Below are positions 60,069 through 64,000 of a DNA stretch of 64,000 bases, in pieces (positions within the stretch are counted from its first letter, which is position 1; each line of letters begins with the position of its first letter). The notes under the pieces were generated by a model. The model was given only the letters and a program-made list of their open reading frames with translations. It ran no database searches and had not been told where the DNA came from. The DNA lies in assembly GCA_048939995.1 (NCBI GenBank), contig JBHLOY010000009.1, positions 1 to 64,000 of the forward strand. Reading direction: 5' to 3'. Origin of the DNA: Promethearchaeota archaeon. Lineage in GTDB: Archaea; Asgardarchaeota; Lokiarchaeia; Sigyniarchaeales; SOKP01. Made by a program: the position numbers and the translations under genes.

Positions 60069-60580
60069 TTCTTCACCGCAATTAAAACTCTGCATTCTTT
60101 ATCACCATCTTTGAGACAATTAAGACATTTTTCCTCTGCATCTACTCCTAATGCCTTATACCATCCTGATCGCATCGAAAAGCAACCACATTCATAATTA
60201 TCTTCCATTTTGATACGCTTTACTTGATTTATAACTGCACATTTTTTCACAATTCCTAAAAGTTCATTATCAGATACCTTTTGGAATTCATATGACATTG
60301 TAGGAGGGGGATAATAAAATTCCATGGCAGCTAAGCATACATCATGCAGAGTTTGAAGATTTTTTACTTCAGAAATTTTTAAAGCATTAATGAAACGATA
60401 CATCATAACTTTCCCCATCTCTGCTATGATACTTTTGTTTAACTTATTCCCCTTTTCCCATCCAAACTCCTTAACTATTGCCATTTGAGCTCTTGCGTCA
60501 TGAGACATCCAATTTTTCCGCAGAATATCAATTTTCTGCTGGTCAGTAAGAGCATCCAAATATAAGATTTGTTTTTCCAT
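60056..60580 (-). CDS. DUF6125-like (V4R/H-NOX-related fold) protein
   Basis: WMSHDA, C, CGC...R.GW and CLKDGDKEC (V4R-like end). Confidence 0.75.
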   Translation of the reverse strand: MEKQILYLDALTDQQKIDILRKNWMSHDARAQMAIVKEFGWEKGNKLNKSIIAEMGKVMMYRFINALKISEVKNLQTLHDVCLAAMEFYYPPPTMSYEFQKVSDNELLGIVKKCAVINQVKRIKMEDNYECGCFSMRSGWYKALGVDAEEKCLNCLKDGDKECRVLIAVKKWKS

Positions 60581-60624
60581 ATGTAATTCATCTCTTGGTT
60601 AATTTTTAATATTTTTCGATCTAT

Positions 60625-60645
60625 TACAACCTTTTTATAGTTGAA
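60625..60645. promoter_or_regulatory. Operator copy 1, CAAC-N9-GTTGAA
   Basis: TACAAC-ctttttata-GTTGAA upstream of the DUF6125 pair. Confidence 0.6.
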
Positions 60646-60696
60646 AGATGGAAAACATAAATATGGGTGTTAATAATTATGAATTATTATACTATA

Positions 60697-60717
60697 TTCA
60701 ACTTAATTTAAGTTGAA
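60697..60717. promoter_or_regulatory. Operator copy 2, perfect 10-1-10 palindrome upstream of trmB
   Basis: TTCAACTTAA-T-TTAAGTTGAA. Confidence 0.7.
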
Positions 60718-60730
60718 GTGAGAATACAAA

Positions 60731-61618
60731 ATGAGTGATGAATTAATAAAACAAATTAGACAGTTTCTAAAGAATGGCGATCTCTCAAATTATGAAGTTA
60801 GTGCTTTTATTGAACTTTTACAATCAAACTACTTAACAGCTCGAGAATTAAGTAAGAAGTCTGAAGTCCCTACAGGCAGAATTTATGAGATTTTAGAACA
60901 ATTAAAAGATAAAGGAATGATTGAAATTCAAGATTCTCGCCCTAAAGTTTATAGAGCAATACCTTTCAATACTGCTTTTCAAAATCTCATATCTTATTTA
61001 GATAATAAACGTAAAAATAAAGTTACATATTTATACGATCAAGTTAAGATTTTAGAACGTAATATCTTAAATTCTGAGATGTTTATTAAAAAAAATGATT
61101 CTCAACTATTTTGGTCAACAACTTTCGGTGCAATACCAATCTTGTCTTTATATGAACAGAAAATGAAGGAAGTTCATGAAGAACTTTTAATGACTGGTTT
61201 TATTAATGAAAATACTATAAAAGTACTCCCTTACGGAAAAGTTATATACAATGGAATTAGAAATGCTTTATCGCGAGGAGTTCAAGTGAAATATTTATGG
61301 AGTTTTGATTTTGATAATAGAGAGTTATCTAATGATTTAATAGAAAAAAATGAAGAACTTTATAGTGATATAAAGAATAAATTGAAGGAATTATTTGATA
61401 TTTCGGATGATATTAAAGGGTTTGAAATGAAATATATGCATAAGCGAATTCCATCTTACTATGATATTTTTGATACTAAACAAGTTTTATTGAAATTACA
61501 AAATCCCATTAATATATCTCAAATATATGCTTCAATAAATATAATCGATATTAATTTAGCTGAGGACTTGAAAAAGAGATTTCATCAGCTCTGGGTATTT
61601 GAAGGATTAAATATCTGA
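60731..61618 (+). CDS. TrmB family transcriptional regulator
   Basis: LSNYE..AF..LL, TARELSKKS.VP.GRIY.IL..L..KG and RPKVY motifs. Confidence 0.92.
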   Translation: MSDELIKQIRQFLKNGDLSNYEVSAFIELLQSNYLTARELSKKSEVPTGRIYEILEQLKDKGMIEIQDSRPKVYRAIPFNTAFQNLISYLDNKRKNKVTYLYDQVKILERNILNSEMFIKKNDSQLFWSTTFGAIPILSLYEQKMKEVHEELLMTGFINENTIKVLPYGKVIYNGIRNALSRGVQVKYLWSFDFDNRELSNDLIEKNEELYSDIKNKLKELFDISDDIKGFEMKYMHKRIPSYYDIFDTKQVLLKLQNPINISQIYASINIIDINLAEDLKKRFHQLWVFEGLNI

Positions 61619-61659
61619 GAAAATAAACTATATTAGAATTTCTATTATTATTATACTTA

Positions 61660-62085
61660 ATGAGTGCAAAGGAAGAACTTTCAATTGCTGCAATCGTATA
61701 TTTTAATGATGAATATCTAATACTAAAGTATGGATTAGGGCACTGGGAGTTCGTTAAAGGACATAAAGAAGATGATGAAACTGATGAAGAAACGATAATG
61801 AGGGAATTATTGGAGGAAACTGGTATTACTGACGCTGAAATTGTTAATGGTTTTAAAGGAAAATATGAGTATAACTTTACATTCAAGAAACAGAAAATCC
61901 ATAAATTAGTTTACTGTTATTTAATAAAGTCTAACTCCAAGGATGTTAGCTTAAGTTATGAACATGATGCCTTCAAGTGGCTACCTTTCGATAAAGCTAT
62001 TAAACAATTAACATACAGTAATGCTAAAAGGTTATTGAAAAAAGCTGAAACCTTTCGTAAATCCTCTTTAGCATCCTTCTATTAA
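61660..62085 (+). CDS. NUDIX hydrolase (Ap4A hydrolase-like)
   Basis: HWEFVKGH.E..E....T..RELLEETG and LSYEH motifs. Confidence 0.9.
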   Translation: MSAKEELSIAAIVYFNDEYLILKYGLGHWEFVKGHKEDDETDEETIMRELLEETGITDAEIVNGFKGKYEYNFTFKKQKIHKLVYCYLIKSNSKDVSLSYEHDAFKWLPFDKAIKQLTYSNAKRLLKKAETFRKSSLASFY

Positions 62086-62137
62086 CAAATTTTAAATTTG
62101 GGTTGCTTTTTAAATTTTAAATGTTTTCTATTTAATT

Positions 62138-62881
62138 ATGAATTTTATATTTTTAGTTGTTTTTGGTGTAATCATTATTTTAATCCTAATATTTGGTTTA
62201 CCTCGTAAAAACAACAAAAGAAAACCAAGTATAGAGGGAATTGATGATCCTGATGTGGCAAAAGCATTTGAAAGGATGTCAAACATACTTCCTTTTAAGT
62301 TATTAAGGAGAAAGATAGTCAATAAGTTGAAGAAGTATGATTTAAAAGGATTAGTAATTGATATTGGATGCGGTTCTGGAAACTTGATTATCCAAATTGC
62401 TAAAAATTTTAATGGTATTGAACCTTTGGGTATAGACATCTCTGATGAAATTTTGGAATTAGCCAAAAAAAGAGCTGCTTTAAATGGGGTTAATGATAAA
62501 GTAAAATTTAAAACTGGAAATGTAGAAAGTCTTCCGTTATCAGATAATTCAGCAGAATTTATTGTAAGCTCATTTTCATTGCATCATTGGATTTCTCCTA
62601 AAAAAGCCCTTAGTGAAGTTACTCGAGTTTTAAAAAAGGATGGTATTTTATTAATTTTTGACTTTCGAAGAGATTCCCGAAGATTTTTTTATGGTTTATT
62701 AAAGTTCGCTACTAAAATCGTTGCTCCTAAAGCATTAAAAAAGATTAATGAACCATTAGGATCGTTAAAAGCAAGCTATACAAAAGAGGAAGTAAGAGCT
62801 ATTTTATCAGATATAAATATCAGTGAAGTAAAAATAGAGTCTTTTTTAGCTTGGATGTTCATTATTATAAAAAAAGACTAA
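62138..62881 (+). CDS. Class I SAM-dependent methyltransferase with N-terminal TM anchor
   Basis: IDIGCGSG, GIDIS and SLHHW motifs. Confidence 0.92.
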   Translation: MNFIFLVVFGVIIILILIFGLPRKNNKRKPSIEGIDDPDVAKAFERMSNILPFKLLRRKIVNKLKKYDLKGLVIDIGCGSGNLIIQIAKNFNGIEPLGIDISDEILELAKKRAALNGVNDKVKFKTGNVESLPLSDNSAEFIVSSFSLHHWISPKKALSEVTRVLKKDGILLIFDFRRDSRRFFYGLLKFATKIVAPKALKKINEPLGSLKASYTKEEVRAILSDINISEVKIESFLAWMFIIIKKD

Positions 62882-62886
62882 AAATG

Positions 62887-63678
62887 TTAAAGAACAAATA
62901 TTTTTAATAATAAATAAACCCCTATGCCAAAAGCATAAATTGGAATCAAATATTTCCATATTTTGTTTGGTAATACCCTAACTAAGTAAGGAGCTAAGAT
63001 TGCGGCAAAAAAACCACCCGTAAAAATTGAGGGCAATATAACCAAATCGACATTAACTCCAGCAAAACTAATACCAAAAAATACTATTATTCCTGTTATC
63101 GATACTAAACCTTCTGCAAAAGAAACAATTGCTGTGGCACTTTTTTCGTAGATACCTGAAAAAATTTGTCCTAAAGTCACTACTGGACCATATCCTCCTC
63201 CACCGATCCCTTTATTGAAGCCAGCAAGTGCTGAAAAAGCGAATAACATTTTAGGCTTGTATTTATATGCTTTAATATTCTTCAATTTTAATCTTAATAA
63301 ACCAAGCATTCCCATAAAAACTACTAGCACTGCCACATAGATTTTAATCACATCTTCAGGAAATACAATCGCATAGTAGGAAAGAAAAACTGAGGTGAAA
63401 GTTGCTACACAACCAAAAAGCGCAATGTAAAGAGTAACCCTAGTAGTATCATTTAATGGTCGAAATGAAAATTGAACATTCTTGAACTCATGATCAAATA
63501 CAGCATCCATTATACCTGTAATAGCTTCAGAAATTAAAAGTGCTGGAACGACCTGAAGTGAATTATATCCCATAGATAACAATAATGGAGACAATCCTGT
63601 TCCAAAACCCATCCCAGCAGCTGAATCCAATGTTTCAAATATAAACGCTAGGATAATTATTATTAAGATTAGCTCCAT
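62887..63678 (-). CDS. TauE/SafE (TSUP) family transporter
   Basis: DSAAGMGFGT..SP and KGIGGGGYGP motifs; about 8 TM segments. Confidence 0.9.
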   Translation of the reverse strand: MELILIIIILAFIFETLDSAAGMGFGTGLSPLLLSMGYNSLQVVPALLISEAITGIMDAVFDHEFKNVQFSFRPLNDTTRVTLYIALFGCVATFTSVFLSYYAIVFPEDVIKIYVAVLVVFMGMLGLLRLKLKNIKAYKYKPKMLFAFSALAGFNKGIGGGGYGPVVTLGQIFSGIYEKSATAIVSFAEGLVSITGIIVFFGISFAGVNVDLVILPSIFTGGFFAAILAPYLVRVLPNKIWKYLIPIYAFGIGVYLLLKIFVL

Positions 63679-63686
63679 ATTTACAC

Positions 63687-63839
63687 CTATAAAACGAAAA
63701 AAAACAGAGTCATAATAGCAACGTATACAATAATTGCTCCAAATATCTTTCTAAAAGATGTCTTATTTATTCTTATCCTCTCAGAGATGCTTTTTTCATC
63801 TAATTCTTGCGCTTCCTTTCCTATTGTACAAGATTCCAT
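63687..63839 (-). CDS. Small tail-anchored membrane peptide (50 aa, not in ORF track)
   Basis: MESCTIGKEAQELDEKSISERIRINKTSFRKIFGAIIVYVAIMTLFFFVL*; ends 8 nt before the tauE start. Confidence 0.6.
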   Translation of the reverse strand: MESCTIGKEAQELDEKSISERIRINKTSFRKIFGAIIVYVAIMTLFFFVL

Positions 63840-64000
63840 TCTTATAAACTTTTAATGTTATTTAGTGATATTTAATGATTCTTAATTATGAGTAATTATA
63901 TGTTATTATTTAAACTTTTTGAAAAAAAAAAGATTATTGGCCTAAAAAATATACGTGTTTATAATAATTGGACTATAGAATAAATAAATTGGATAAAGCC

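Noticed and set aside
549-62466. Numerous short ORF-track calls nested in or antisense to larger genes (e.g. 549-743, 9792-10052, 11882-12199, 26087-26404, 33209-33580, 54844-55236, 62128-62466)
   Set aside because: They overlap well-supported genes and lack motifs; shadow ORFs.

Overview
This is an AT-rich (roughly 30% GC by eye), gene-dense prokaryotic window that reads as Asgard archaeal, most likely Lokiarchaeia/Promethearchaeota. The evidence is two Rab-like small GTPases, a membrane protein with a cytoplasmic longin-like domain, a Loki-CTERM-like IPG anchor, two geranylgeranyl reductases, a UbiA prenyltransferase, IorAB and archaeal-type regulators (Lrp, TrmB, DtxR). Most of the content is housekeeping or accessory metabolism: amino-acid and fatty-acid fermentation, redox, metal transport and DNA repair. 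There is also a type II R-M pair with a GIY-YIG endonuclease and an orphan methyltransferase. I found no rRNA, tRNA, CRISPR array or transposase. The ORF track missed several small genes: FeoA, DUF1059, a TRASH/FCS finger, a zinc ribbon ending KRRCC, a histone-H1-tail-like (xxPKKK)n peptide with an internal TAA, and a tail-anchored peptide. It also missed two pseudogenes. The best candidate novelties are: (i) an exported, membrane-anchored SOR-like protein with an N-terminal His paired with a stand-alone cytochrome b561; (ii) the H1-like peptide gene; (iii) a receptor-like TM-longin protein abutting a Rab-like GTPase; (iv) three genes apparently starting at ATT/ATA; (v) a tandem receptor/co-receptor pair plus a wHTH regulator; (vi) a TrmB-DUF6125 divergon with twin operators; and (vii) a Staygreen dechelatase beside a DtxR/ZIP metal unit. 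All family assignments come from motif recognition by eye, not database searches.
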